62,383 nt of DNA, from contig CAZGFX010000001.1 in the NCBI GenBank assembly GCA_964524845.1, forward strand, positions 1 through 62,383. The letters are read 5' to 3'. Positions 37,557 through 47,867 of this stretch are shown here, piece after piece; the first letter of the stretch is position 1, and every line of letters starts with the position of its first letter. The translations under genes were made by a program, and so were the position numbers. This DNA comes from an uncultured Gammaproteobacteria bacterium. GTDB lineage: Bacteria > Patescibacteriota > Patescibacteriia > CAZGFX01. Below the pieces are notes generated by a model. The model was not told where the DNA came from, ran no database searches, and saw nothing but the letters and a program-made list of their open reading frames with translations.

Positions 37557-39332
37557 TCAACGCTTCAACAAAGTCAAAAATGCTTCTTGAGGTATACGAA
37601 CACGACCTGTTTCTTTCATGCGTTTTTTACCTTTTTTCTGTTTCTCAAGAAGCTTTCTACGACGAGTTGGGTCTCCTCCATAAAGATGCGCTGTAACATC
37701 TTTTCGAAGAGCAGAAAGTCTTTCTGATGCGACTACCTTACCACCTATTTTTGCTTGTATTTTTACTTCAAACATCTCTCTTTTGAGGGTTTTTTTGAGT
37801 GCCTCAACTATTGCTCGCCCGATCCTTTGTGCGTCGTCACGATAAACTATACAAGAAAGAGCCTCCACATCATCTTCTGCAACAGATATATCCATACGCA
37901 CAACATCAACTGGGCGATATTCTTTAAAAGAATAATTAAGCGATGAGTATCCTGTGGTGACACTTTTCAATTTATCATAAAAATCAGTAATCATCATGGA
38001 AAGAGGAATATCATAATATAAAATAACGCGCTGATCATTAATATATTCCGTATTTTTATATAAAGCCTTCTTCGCGCTCATGAGCTCCATGACTCCACCA
38101 ATATATGTTGCCAGAGTGAATATCTCAATCGCCATAAATGGTTCCTCAATATGATCAATATAATTAATATCGGGCATGTCATGAGGATTATAAGCAATAT
38201 ATGGTTCTCCAGAGCCGTTTGGATATACTTTGTAAGCTACGGAAGGAACGGTGATAATAACATCTAAGTTATATCTGCGTCTTAGAAGCTCGCGAAATAC
38301 TTCAAGATGTAAAAGTCCTAAAAAACCACACCTAAAACCAAAGCCCAATGCTTTGGACTGTTCGGACTCGAAAGAAAGACTCGAGTCAGAAAGTTTCATT
38401 TTTTCAAGAGCATCTCTAAGTGATTCATAACTATCCCCCTCTTTCGTATATATGCCCGCAAAAACCATTGGTTTAACCTCTGTAAATCCAGGAAGCGCTA
38501 CCGCCGGGTGAGAAAGATCAACAACAGTATCGCCTACTTTTGACATTCCAAGCTCCTTGATTCCTGTAACTACATATCCGATTTCTCCCGCATTGAGCTC
38601 ATTAATTTTCTCAAAACGAGGCCTCAAAACACCAACTTCAAGCACTTCTGTAGGAAATTTTGTTGCTGAAAATTGTATTTTTTGATGAGCGCGAAGCGAT
38701 CCATTCATAACGCGCACATAAGTAATAACACCTTTATAATTATCAAACTGTGAATCAAAAATAAGTGCCTGTAAAGGACTTTTTGTTTCTCCTTTAGGAG
38801 AACGAACGCGCTCTACAACTGCATCTAGAATAGACGAAACATTTTCGCCTGTTTTTGCTGAAACCTTAATAATATCTTCACGCGCGCACCCAATAAGTTT
38901 TATAATTTCTTCCGTAACTCCGTCGACATGTGCGGCAGGTAGATCTATCTTATTTATTACTGGTATTATATCGAGTCCGAGATCAAGCGCTAAATATAAG
39001 TTCGCAATTGTTTGGGCCTCTACTCCCTGAGTCGCATCAACTATGAGAAGTGCCCCTTCACAAGCCACGAGCGAACGAGAAACCTCATAAGCGAAGTCAG
39101 CGTGACCAGGAGTATCAATAAGATTTAATTCATACCCCTTCCACTGCATACGAACTGGTTGAAGTTTAATTGTAATACCACGCTCACGTTCAATATCCAT
39201 GCTATCAAGCACCTGTTCCATCATTTCTCTTTTGTTTATCGTTCCTGTTAATTCCAAAAGACGATCGGCAAGTGTCGATTTTCCATGATCAATATGTGCA
39301 ATAATACAAAAATTTTTTATCTTACTATTCAT
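37557..39332 (-). CDS. lepA: Elongation factor 4 (LepA)
   Basis: GTPase motifs AHIDHGKST, DTPGHADF and NKIDL, plus the LepA-specific C-terminal domain. Confidence 0.95.
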   Translation of the reverse strand: MNSKIKNFCIIAHIDHGKSTLADRLLELTGTINKREMMEQVLDSMDIERERGITIKLQPVRMQWKGYELNLIDTPGHADFAYEVSRSLVACEGALLIVDATQGVEAQTIANLYLALDLGLDIIPVINKIDLPAAHVDGVTEEIIKLIGCAREDIIKVSAKTGENVSSILDAVVERVRSPKGETKSPLQALIFDSQFDNYKGVITYVRVMNGSLRAHQKIQFSATKFPTEVLEVGVLRPRFEKINELNAGEIGYVVTGIKELGMSKVGDTVVDLSHPAVALPGFTEVKPMVFAGIYTKEGDSYESLRDALEKMKLSDSSLSFESEQSKALGFGFRCGFLGLLHLEVFRELLRRRYNLDVIITVPSVAYKVYPNGSGEPYIAYNPHDMPDINYIDHIEEPFMAIEIFTLATYIGGVMELMSAKKALYKNTEYINDQRVILYYDIPLSMMITDFYDKLKSVTTGYSSLNYSFKEYRPVDVVRMDISVAEDDVEALSCIVYRDDAQRIGRAIVEALKKTLKREMFEVKIQAKIGGKVVASERLSALRKDVTAHLYGGDPTRRRKLLEKQKKGKKRMKETGRVRIPQEAFLTLLKR

Positions 39333-39333
39333 A

Positions 39334-40824
39334 CTATTTTCGAAATCTCAAAAATACCAATTCAACATATTTCATTCCAGAAAGATGGCTACAGTATAAA
39401 AAAATCACTCCTGCCGGAATCCAATATACTAGAGAGATGAGCGCCTCCATCGTTTGAGAAACATTTCCTATAGGAACAATCATTTTTACCACATACCAGG
39501 CACATACTGCAATACCAGTATTAACTATTAGAATAGCCAAGTTACATACTATTCTTTTCAAATCAAGAGCTATCTTATATTTCAAAAACAAAACAATTAA
39601 CATGAGAAAATACTGAATAATAATTGTACTCGTGTATACCAAAGCTACCCACTCAGACGATCCGACCACAGGTACCCACTGAAATATGGCTATCATCAAA
39701 ATCAACATAATACAATTTATAATAAAAGGACGAATGGTGTCTTCGAGCGCATAAAACGCCTTTGCCAATATATAAACACCTCCTTGAAACGGAAGTGATA
39801 AACTCAGCCAAGCAAGTGTTCGGGCCGTTTCTTGAATATGTCCACCCTCCCCATACAAAACAACAATCAATGCCGCACCACTTATAATTGATAAGGCTGT
39901 AAATGGAATTGTAAAAAATAACGTATCATTAAATGCTTCTGTAACAACTCTTCCTAAAGAAGTGTCACGCGCCGCTCGCACTAATCTAGGAAAAATAGTT
40001 GTACTAATTGAAATTATAAATGTACCAATAACTACATAATATATATTGTTAGCGAGATAAAACATAGTAATACTTCCAATAATCGCAAATGACAGATAAT
40101 AATTAATAACAAATATATTAAATTGTAACGTTATTCCTGACAAAAAACGTGGAATCATTTTTTTTAGAAGCTGTAAAAAATCCAAATAATTAATATGTAT
40201 ATTAGGGCGCCATCCAGTCTTCAGAACAGGAGAAATTTGCACACACATATGAAGTAATGCTCCTAATACTACGCCATATGCGAGTCCAGGAAGTCCGAAT
40301 ACTGGCACAAAAAAATAAAATCCCACGATAATTCCTATATTATAAAGTATCGGGGCTAGCGCATACGCACCATATCGTTCAACAGCATTGAGAACACTTG
40401 AAAAAACATTGCTTATCGTAAAAATTAATATAGAAACACTCATAATTCTTATAAGCTCAGCTAAACGAACCAGTGCTTCCGAAGAAAAACCCGGTGATAC
40501 GATTCGTGCGAGCGGCGTAGCGCCAAAAAATATTCCAAGAGATCCTATTCCCATTATAATCAAAAAACCAATAAGTATAGTATTAAGAAAATTACCTCGC
40601 TCATCTTCTTCTTTTTTAAGATATACTGGAATAAATACAGCGGAAAGAACTCCAGCAATAAATATTCCGAATACGAAATCAGGAACTTTAAACGCTGACA
40701 AATAAATATCAAGTTCCTCATGAACACCAAAATGTTGAGTTAATATCCTGTCGCGCAAAAGTCCTAATAGCCTACTTGCAAGAGAAGATACAACAAGCAA
40801 GATAGTTCCTTTCCATATACTCAT
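39334..40824 (-). CDS. murJ: Lipid II flippase MurJ (MviN)
   Basis: About 14 TM helices. The N-terminus ...SRLLGLLRDRILTQHFG is typical of MurJ. Confidence 0.85.
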   Translation of the reverse strand: MSIWKGTILLVVSSLASRLLGLLRDRILTQHFGVHEELDIYLSAFKVPDFVFGIFIAGVLSAVFIPVYLKKEEDERGNFLNTILIGFLIIMGIGSLGIFFGATPLARIVSPGFSSEALVRLAELIRIMSVSILIFTISNVFSSVLNAVERYGAYALAPILYNIGIIVGFYFFVPVFGLPGLAYGVVLGALLHMCVQISPVLKTGWRPNIHINYLDFLQLLKKMIPRFLSGITLQFNIFVINYYLSFAIIGSITMFYLANNIYYVVIGTFIISISTTIFPRLVRAARDTSLGRVVTEAFNDTLFFTIPFTALSIISGAALIVVLYGEGGHIQETARTLAWLSLSLPFQGGVYILAKAFYALEDTIRPFIINCIMLILMIAIFQWVPVVGSSEWVALVYTSTIIIQYFLMLIVLFLKYKIALDLKRIVCNLAILIVNTGIAVCAWYVVKMIVPIGNVSQTMEALISLVYWIPAGVIFLYCSHLSGMKYVELVFLRFRK

Positions 40825-40875
40825 ACTCTCTATTTTGTTCTAAATTACATTAATTAAAATTCACCGAGACGAACA

Positions 40876-41009
40876 AGGAGCCGTGCCATACATGTACTAC
40901 TCTTATGAATGCGTGCGATATGGAAGAGAGAGTTTTGTGAGCCTTTCGTTGAAAGCTCAACGCACGGCATACGCGTACTACATTTTCGTATGGAACGGCT
41001 CCTTATCCG
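40876..41009. ncRNA. Candidate structured RNA / cis-regulatory leader (family unknown)
   Basis: 17-bp closing helix AAGGAGCCGTGCCATAC (40876-40892) / GTATGGAACGGCTCCTT (40993-41009), 16/17 complementary. It encloses a CGTGCG/CGCACG helix and a GAGCCTTTC-GTT-GAAAGCTC hairpin. The element is locally GC-richer than its flanks. On the minus strand it would sit between the stop at 41014 and the murJ start. Confidence 0.35.
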
Positions 41010-41013
41010 CCGT

Positions 41014-41904
41014 CTATTTTTCAGATGGACGATTACTGTTCCAATATTGTGAAAGCTCCGGAACCCTTGAAATCACCTGTTCCGCCTGATATTCAAGATT
41101 GTTTTTTGCATCTTGAAAATTAGTGATTTCTTTATTTATAAGTTTTGTTTCTTCTTTTAACAAGCGTTTTATAAGGGCGAGAAATGTGATCGGATTTTGT
41201 CGCTCTGACATATACAAAGGATCCATTATTTTGCTTTGATATACTGATCTCCATCGTTTTGTTTTTCCTATAAATGGAGTTGTTCCTTGTATTAAGCCGA
41301 TGGCACCGCGATTGAAAATAGGAGCAAATTCCGCCAAAACAATTGTTATTTTAAAAAGCCATGATATGCTATAAAGAAGAAAAACAGCAACAGACAGAAG
41401 CTCAAGAGAGTTTTCAACTCTTTTGAAATCTTTTTGATCTATGAGGATATTTTTATTTTCATCAATTCTGTTATTCATATCACCTAATATACCATCGAGA
41501 GCATTTGTTCCTTGTGAGATGTCATTTTGTTTCACTTTTGACTCATAAGATTGTACGCCTACAGCCATCAGCTGCGCGGCATGCATTAGTTTATAACGTT
41601 CAAACTCTGTTCTGTTTTGATCATCCTCCTCTTCTTTTCTTCCTCCTCTTGCACGATTAAGCTCGCGAGTCCGGTCAAAATCTGACATTGATGTAATAGG
41701 TTCTTCTTCATTATACTCATCTTTATCATCTCTTTCGAAGTCCATACCACTATCAGTACCAACACTACTCTGACGACGAAGTTCTTCTTCGTGTGCTTGC
41801 TCCTCTGCTTGCTCTTTTAAAGTATAATCAACTCCACCCCCAGGCTGAAAATCATCGGGTCTTTCTTCTTTCTTTGGAATATTAAATCCTCCACCAAGAC
41901 TCAT
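41014..41904 (-). CDS. Hypothetical protein: acidic low-complexity N-terminal half plus a central TM hairpin
   Basis: 296-aa ORF. The first ~95 aa are D/E/R-rich. Hydrophobic LLSVAVFLLYSISWLFKITIVLAEF. No motif recognised. Confidence 0.55.
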   Translation of the reverse strand: MSLGGGFNIPKKEERPDDFQPGGGVDYTLKEQAEEQAHEEELRRQSSVGTDSGMDFERDDKDEYNEEEPITSMSDFDRTRELNRARGGRKEEEDDQNRTEFERYKLMHAAQLMAVGVQSYESKVKQNDISQGTNALDGILGDMNNRIDENKNILIDQKDFKRVENSLELLSVAVFLLYSISWLFKITIVLAEFAPIFNRGAIGLIQGTTPFIGKTKRWRSVYQSKIMDPLYMSERQNPITFLALIKRLLKEETKLINKEITNFQDAKNNLEYQAEQVISRVPELSQYWNSNRPSEK

Positions 41905-41983
41905 AAAATTATATTCAGAACCAGTGTATTATACCACAAAAACAAATAATAAAAAATATCAAGTTATTTTTTGAAAGAAAAAA

Positions 41984-42991
41984 TTAATTCAAAAGAGACC
42001 TTTTATATGCATCAAGATTTTCGAGTGCAATTCCTGTACCACGAACAACACAAAGCTGAGAGTGTTCTGAATTATAAGCAGGAACACCTGTTCCGTCAGT
42101 AATAAGAACATTGTAATTACGAAGCTGTGATGAACCACCGGACAATATCATACCCTTCTCCATAATATCAGCAGCAAGCTCAGGAGGTGTTTCATTAAGT
42201 ACTGATTTTATCGCGCCAATCACCATATCAAGCGAATTCTTAATAGAGTGTGTTACATCATCAGATGTTACTGCCATAGAACGAGGCAATCCAGCAATTA
42301 GATCTCTTCCTTTTATTTCCATCTTTAGAATATCATCATTGTGAAGTAGTGTAGCGGATCCGATTTGAATTTTTATTTGTTCTGCTGTTCGTTCACCAAT
42401 GGCAAGATTATATTTCTTTTTTATATATTCAACTATATCCAAATCGAACTTATTTCCACCAACACGAATTGATTTACAAGCTACCATACCACCTAAAGAT
42501 ATGACTGCAATTTCTGTTGTTCCTCCTCCCATATCAACAATCATATGCCCAGATGCTGAACCTATTGGAATTTCTGCTCCAATTGCAGCGGCAATCGGCT
42601 CTTTGATAATATAAGCTGATTTTGCACCAGCAGAAAGCGTTGCATCAATAACAGCTCTCCTTTCTGTCGATGTAATTCCACCAGGTACCGCAATCATAAC
42701 TTCTGGTTTAAAAAAACGAAAAGAACCGAGTGCTTTATTAATAAAATATCGAAGCATTACCTCTGTTGTCTTATAATCAGCAATTACACCATCCTTCATT
42801 GGACGTTTCGCAATAATACTATCAGGTGTTCGTCCTATCATTTCTTTTGCTTCGTTTCCAACAGCTAATATTTCATTATCAATCGTCGAAATAGCAACAA
42901 CTGATGGTTCATTAAGAACAATCCCTTTTTTTGGTACGTACACTTGTGTTGTTGTTGTACCTAGATCAATTGCAATTTTTTTTGAAAACAT
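41984..42991 (-). CDS. mreB: Rod-shape-determining actin homologue MreB (copy 2)
   Basis: IDLGTTTT, NEPSVVA, DMGGGTTEIAVISLGG and ILSGGSSQL motifs. Confidence 0.9.
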   Translation of the reverse strand: MFSKKIAIDLGTTTTQVYVPKKGIVLNEPSVVAISTIDNEILAVGNEAKEMIGRTPDSIIAKRPMKDGVIADYKTTEVMLRYFINKALGSFRFFKPEVMIAVPGGITSTERRAVIDATLSAGAKSAYIIKEPIAAAIGAEIPIGSASGHMIVDMGGGTTEIAVISLGGMVACKSIRVGGNKFDLDIVEYIKKKYNLAIGERTAEQIKIQIGSATLLHNDDILKMEIKGRDLIAGLPRSMAVTSDDVTHSIKNSLDMVIGAIKSVLNETPPELAADIMEKGMILSGGSSQLRNYNVLITDGTGVPAYNSEHSQLCVVRGTGIALENLDAYKRSLLN

Positions 42992-42995
42992 TATA

Positions 42996-43457
42996 TTATA
43001 TTACTTTACGAATATTATACATCACTGATCCGTTTGGACCAATAAATTCGACGTCTTCTCCTTCTTTGTGTTCAAGAAAAGTTTTTGCAAGAGGAGAATC
43101 ACAAGATATTTTTCCATTAGAAGGATCTGATTCGTTTGCTCCAACAATAGTATATGTGTACTCCTTGTCCTTCGTAGAAATTGTTATGATTGAACCAATT
43201 CGAACGATTCCATCAGATGCCTTCTTTTCTATAACTTGAGCATTTTTCAACAACGTCTTAAGATCAAGAATTTTACCATTTATAATACCCTGTTCTTCTC
43301 GTGCTGCATGATATTCAGCGTTTTCACTCAGATCACCATGAGCGCGCGCAGAAGCTATGCGCTGTGCTATCGCAGGCATAATTTCTTTTTCATAACGATC
43401 AAGTTCTTGTTTTGCTTTCTTAAAACCTTCTTTTGTAAGAATAATTGTATCGCTCAT
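42996..43457 (-). CDS. greA: Transcription elongation factor GreA
   Basis: ARAHGDLSENAEYHAAREEQ coiled-coil tip plus a C-terminal FKBP-like domain. Confidence 0.9.
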   Translation of the reverse strand: MSDTIILTKEGFKKAKQELDRYEKEIMPAIAQRIASARAHGDLSENAEYHAAREEQGIINGKILDLKTLLKNAQVIEKKASDGIVRIGSIITISTKDKEYTYTIVGANESDPSNGKISCDSPLAKTFLEHKEGEDVEFIGPNGSVMYNIRKVI

Positions 43458-43536
43458 ATTGACAAATACTATATTAAATACATATTAGAGTGTAAACGAA
43501 AAAAGCTTAAAAAGCAAGCATTAAATATCTAGTATA

Positions 43537-45510
43537 TTACTCTTTTTCTTTATTAAAATAATACTGTAGAAAACTTTCAGCAATTGGAACCGCGTATCTA
43601 TCGCCTCCTCCACCAACATGTTCTAACATAAAAACAAAAGCGACTTCAGGATTCTCGTACGGAGCAAACCCCGCATACCATGCATTATACTTTCCTTTGT
43701 TTCCAACCTGAGCTGTAGCTGTTTTTCCAGCAGAAGAAATAGAAAGTAATGAGAGTTGCTTGGCGGATCCAGAACGAACAGCCTCTCTCATACCTTCTTG
43801 TATCGCAATAAACGTATCAGAATCAATTCCAATAGAAGTTGGATGAACATCATACTCAGAAACAACTTTTTCACCTTCTTTTATACGTGCTAGTAAGTGT
43901 GGAACATAATACATTCCTTTGTTTGCAATTACAGAAATAGCCGCAACAACCTGTAATGGAGAAACCGTTAAATAACCTTGTCCGATTGAAAGATTATACG
44001 TATCACCTAAATACCAACGTTCTCCAATTTTTTCTTGTTTCCACTCGTTTGTTGGAACATTTCCTGCGACCGCACCAGGAAGATCTGTTTTAGGTAATTC
44101 TCCAAATCCAAACTTTTTAGCATATGAAACAATCGCATCGTGTCCTATACCCTCATGATCTCCGAACCCGCCTCCAATCGTGTAAAAATATGTATTTATA
44201 GATTCTGCAATTGCTTTTGTAAGATTTGTAATTCCGTGTCCACCGGCTTTCCAATCCTTAAAAAAACTATTATTTACTTGTATTCCTCCTGTACTCATTA
44301 CAGTCCAAGTTTTTGTAATTGTATGCATATCAAGGGCCCCTGCGGCAACAAATAATTTAAAAATAGACCCGAGTGGATATGCCGCAGAAATTGCTCTATT
44401 AAAAAATGGTTGCTTATCTTTATCTTCAATTAGTTTTTTTATTTTGTCTTTTTCTTTTTCAACAGTAAGTATATTCGGATCAAAATAAGGAACACTCACA
44501 AGTGCTAATATCTCTCCGTTCCATGGATTTACAACAATTCCTGCTCCACCTCGTGCACCATATTGACGCACATACTCTGTCATTACCTCGGCAATATATT
44601 TTTGAAGATCAGAATCAATAGTAAGTACCAAACTCTTCCCCTCGACAGATATCTCTCTGGCAATATGTTTTACAACCTGACCGGACGAATTAACTTCAGA
44701 ATGTATATAACCGTTTTTTCCTTTAAGATCCTTCTCATATGATGCTTCTACTCCATTTTTCCCGACTATGTCATACCTATCATATCCTTTTTTTACATCT
44801 TCATCTGTCACAGAACCAACATATCCAATAACATGCGCAATTGATGGAATATCCTCATATTTTCTAGTAGCACGAACATTAATTTCGATTCCGGGAAGAT
44901 CAGCCGCGCGCGCCTGAATATATACAACATCCTTGTAATCAATATTATTTTTCACGAGCACCGGAGTATATGCTGTCGGCTCTGAGGCGCGCGCGAACAA
45001 TTGTAAAAACTCTTCCTTCGAAACCTTTTCCTCCTCTGAAAAAACAGATAAAATTGTATCTTGAATATTTTTCATTTTTTCTTCGTCTTTTTTTGGAAGT
45101 TCAGATGGGATGACCCACAATGAATATTGTGGAATGTTTTCAACAAGAGGCGTTCCATTTCTATCAAACAGCAATCCCCTGTTTGCATATAATACCTTCG
45201 TCTTTGTACGATTGTGTTCAGCAAGCGAAGAATAGTGATCATATCTAACTACTTGCAAGTACAAAGAACGTGCTCCTAGTACAAAAAGTCCAAACAAACA
45301 ACAAAGAGATATTATTAAAAGTCTGCGTGCGTCAATCGGAGCACTCATACGTTCATTCGTACTATCGCCAAACCAAAAAAAACTTCCATCATCACGTGTT
45401 TCGGAAAAATCACGAACCGCCCAACCACTTTCATTGGATGATAATGGAGTAAATATATCAAAACCATCATCTTTATACTGATGTTTTTTTTGCATTATAA
45501 AAATTTTCAT
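43537..45510 (-). CDS. mrdA: Penicillin-binding protein 2 (elongasome transpeptidase)
   Basis: N-terminal TM helix, dimerisation domain, and transpeptidase motifs (SIFK = SxxK, SIN-like, KTAT ~ KTG). Downstream of mreC-mreD. Confidence 0.85.
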   Translation of the reverse strand: MKIFIMQKKHQYKDDGFDIFTPLSSNESGWAVRDFSETRDDGSFFWFGDSTNERMSAPIDARRLLIISLCCLFGLFVLGARSLYLQVVRYDHYSSLAEHNRTKTKVLYANRGLLFDRNGTPLVENIPQYSLWVIPSELPKKDEEKMKNIQDTILSVFSEEEKVSKEEFLQLFARASEPTAYTPVLVKNNIDYKDVVYIQARAADLPGIEINVRATRKYEDIPSIAHVIGYVGSVTDEDVKKGYDRYDIVGKNGVEASYEKDLKGKNGYIHSEVNSSGQVVKHIAREISVEGKSLVLTIDSDLQKYIAEVMTEYVRQYGARGGAGIVVNPWNGEILALVSVPYFDPNILTVEKEKDKIKKLIEDKDKQPFFNRAISAAYPLGSIFKLFVAAGALDMHTITKTWTVMSTGGIQVNNSFFKDWKAGGHGITNLTKAIAESINTYFYTIGGGFGDHEGIGHDAIVSYAKKFGFGELPKTDLPGAVAGNVPTNEWKQEKIGERWYLGDTYNLSIGQGYLTVSPLQVVAAISVIANKGMYYVPHLLARIKEGEKVVSEYDVHPTSIGIDSDTFIAIQEGMREAVRSGSAKQLSLLSISSAGKTATAQVGNKGKYNAWYAGFAPYENPEVAFVFMLEHVGGGGDRYAVPIAESFLQYYFNKEKE

Positions 45511-45952
45511 TATAAGAAAACACGCGAGAAAGAATCCACCAAAGAACCATACTAATAATTATATTAACGACATATACATACCATTCATACAACACAAAAG
45601 GGACATCAACAAACATTACGCGTATAACATACTCAACAACACAATAAACAATCATGTTTGCAACACTTAAAAAAAGAGCGTTTATATATATATTATGATA
45701 ATTAATGATTCTTTTTATAAATGGAAACAAAAAAACCAATATGAGTGTGGCGCAATGCAAAAAAGGATGTGCCACTTGTTCGCGACGAAGAAATACCAAT
45801 ACAGCAACGAGTGCATACATTGATACCGGCGGGAATACCAGTAGAGCTGCACTTATAATATAATAATCTGGCATAAGTACAACACCACTTACTGATCTTA
45901 TATATATAGTGCAAACCAGAACGATTAGAATGATAATCCATGCTAACACCAT
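45473..45952 (-). CDS. mreD: MreD-like membrane protein
   Basis: 159-aa polytopic membrane ORF between mreC and PBP2. The call is mainly by position. Confidence 0.5.
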   Translation of the reverse strand: MVLAWIIILIVLVCTIYIRSVSGVVLMPDYYIISAALLVFPPVSMYALVAVLVFLRREQVAHPFLHCATLILVFLFPFIKRIINYHNIYINALFLSVANMIVYCVVEYVIRVMFVDVPFVLYEWYVYVVNIIISMVLWWILSRVFSYNENFYNAKKTSV

Positions 45953-45956
45953 ATGA

Positions 45957-46784
45957 TTATTGTATATAAACTTTTACAACATCAAAATAATGAACAAACC
46001 GCTCATGTGTATCAACAAGCAACATCTGAAAAAGATCGCCCTCTTTATACACGGCATCTCTGACAGTACCTACTGGTATTCCCGCCGGAATACGTTCTTC
46101 TTGACCGGATGTTATAACACTTTCTCCATTATTTGTTTTTTCAGTCGCTGGAAGTTTTTCAACATTCACTCCAAACTCAAGATCTCCTACCAGAAGCCCG
46201 AGAGATCTTCCTGCATTTAATACGGTTACAGAAACTTTGCTTATTGTACTATCAAGAGAACGAACTATTGAATATTCTGGAAAAACTTCGGCGATTTTTC
46301 CAATCATAACACCAGTATCCGTTATAACGGCGTTACCTTTTTTTATAAGTTGTTTTGATCCGATATTAATTCTATAATAAGTTCCTTCTGGATAATTTAA
46401 TATTTCAGTAATATAACCCGAAGCGGTTTTTACACCTTTTATAGAAGTGATTGAAGCTGACTTTTCAAGTGATGTTATTCGAATCTCATCTTCTTGAATT
46501 TGTGTCTTGAGAGACACTATGCTTTCTTTAAGTTTTTCATTTTCTTTTATTGTATTATAAACAGATTTTCCATCTTTAAGAAAAGTATATATAGTCTTGG
46601 CGCGCATTCCATTAAATGCAACTTTGTCTAATGTTTTAGAATCAAAGTATTGTAATCCACGAGAAATCATACTTCCTCCAGCAATAATATCAACAAAAAT
46701 AAGTATTAACACACACAAACAAGATATGGCAATATATCGTATACTACGCTTTCGTATCTGAGAACGCGGAGAAATATATTTCAT
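45957..46784 (-). CDS. mreC: Rod-shape-determining protein MreC
   Basis: N-terminal TM helix, coiled coil (ENEKLKESIVSLKTQIQE), and beta-barrel repeats ending VITSGQEERIPAGIPVGTV. Confidence 0.8.
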   Translation of the reverse strand: MKYISPRSQIRKRSIRYIAISCLCVLILIFVDIIAGGSMISRGLQYFDSKTLDKVAFNGMRAKTIYTFLKDGKSVYNTIKENEKLKESIVSLKTQIQEDEIRITSLEKSASITSIKGVKTASGYITEILNYPEGTYYRINIGSKQLIKKGNAVITDTGVMIGKIAEVFPEYSIVRSLDSTISKVSVTVLNAGRSLGLLVGDLEFGVNVEKLPATEKTNNGESVITSGQEERIPAGIPVGTVRDAVYKEGDLFQMLLVDTHERFVHYFDVVKVYIQ

Positions 46785-46823
46785 ACAATGGTTTCAATTT
46801 ATAAAAAAGACAAAAAACAAAAT

Positions 46824-47846
46824 CTACTCGATATTTGCAAGTAAAATTTCTCCGAGTGAATCAAGATCCTCCAATACAGCCCCTGATCCACGTACTACCG
46901 ATGTCAATGGATCATCGGCAATATATACAGGAATTTTTACTCTATTACTGATAAGTTTATCTAGGCCTCGTACATATGCGCCTCCTCCGGAAAGTACAAT
47001 ACCTCGATCATATAGATCAGCCACGAGTTCCGGTGGTGTTCGTTCAATCGTATCTTTTACGGCTTCTGTTATTATTGAAAGTGTTTTTGATAAAGCCTCG
47101 CGTATCATTGTGTCAGTAATTACAATTTCTTTTGGAAGACCGGTCAAAAGATCTCTACCTTTAATAGTTGATTCGAGTGGTGTATCAAGTTCTACAGCTG
47201 ATCCAATTTGAATTTTTATATTTTCGGAAGTTCTCTCACCCAATAACATATTAAATCGTTCTCTGGCGTAATCAATAATATCATTGTTTAACGCATCTCC
47301 CGCGAGCTTGAGCGATGTGCTAGTAACAATTCCTCCTAATGATATCACAGCGATCTCTGTTGTTCCTCCTCCTATTTCAACAATCATGTGTCCTCCTGGG
47401 TCTTGTATATTAAGACGGCATCCTATTGCTGATGCGATTGGTTGTTCGATAAGAAAAACTCTTCTTCCTCCTCCTGACAAAACCGCATCTTGCACGGCCT
47501 TTCGTTCAACCTCAGTAACCTCAGACGGAATTCCTATAATTACCCTTGGTTTTGGATTGAAAAAAAGACTTTTTTTCTGTATGGCTTTTTCAATAAAATA
47601 TTTAAGCATTTTTTCAGTAACTTCAAAATCTGAAATAATCCCATTAACCAAAGGACGCACAGCAACAATATGTTGTGGTGTTTTTCCAACCATTTTTTTC
47701 GCTTCAACTCCTACAGCAAGTACAGTATTTGTTTTTGTATTAATAGCTACGACAGAAGGTTCATTAATAATAATACCCTTCCCTTTGCTATACACAAGGG
47801 TGTTTGCTGTACCGAGATCAATACTTAAATCAAGAGAAGAAAACAT
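46824..47846 (-). CDS. mreB: Rod-shape-determining actin homologue MreB (copy 1)
   Basis: IDLGTANT, NEPSVVA, VEIGGGTTEIAVISLGG and VLSGGGAYVRGL motifs. Heads the mreBCD cluster. Confidence 0.9.
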   Translation of the reverse strand: MFSSLDLSIDLGTANTLVYSKGKGIIINEPSVVAINTKTNTVLAVGVEAKKMVGKTPQHIVAVRPLVNGIISDFEVTEKMLKYFIEKAIQKKSLFFNPKPRVIIGIPSEVTEVERKAVQDAVLSGGGRRVFLIEQPIASAIGCRLNIQDPGGHMIVEIGGGTTEIAVISLGGIVTSTSLKLAGDALNNDIIDYARERFNMLLGERTSENIKIQIGSAVELDTPLESTIKGRDLLTGLPKEIVITDTMIREALSKTLSIITEAVKDTIERTPPELVADLYDRGIVLSGGGAYVRGLDKLISNRVKIPVYIADDPLTSVVRGSGAVLEDLDSLGEILLANIE

Positions 47847-47867
47847 ACGTATCCGATTATATGGTAA

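Noticed and set aside
40883-41089. 68-aa plus-strand ORF (Tyr-rich) preceded by AAGGAG
   Set aside because: It overlaps the 3-prime end of the convergent 296-aa gene by 76 nt. Its 5-prime half coincides with nested complementary helices that are better explained as RNA or DNA structure. The AAGGAG is one strand of the 17-bp stem. It is kept only as an alternative under the ncRNA finding.
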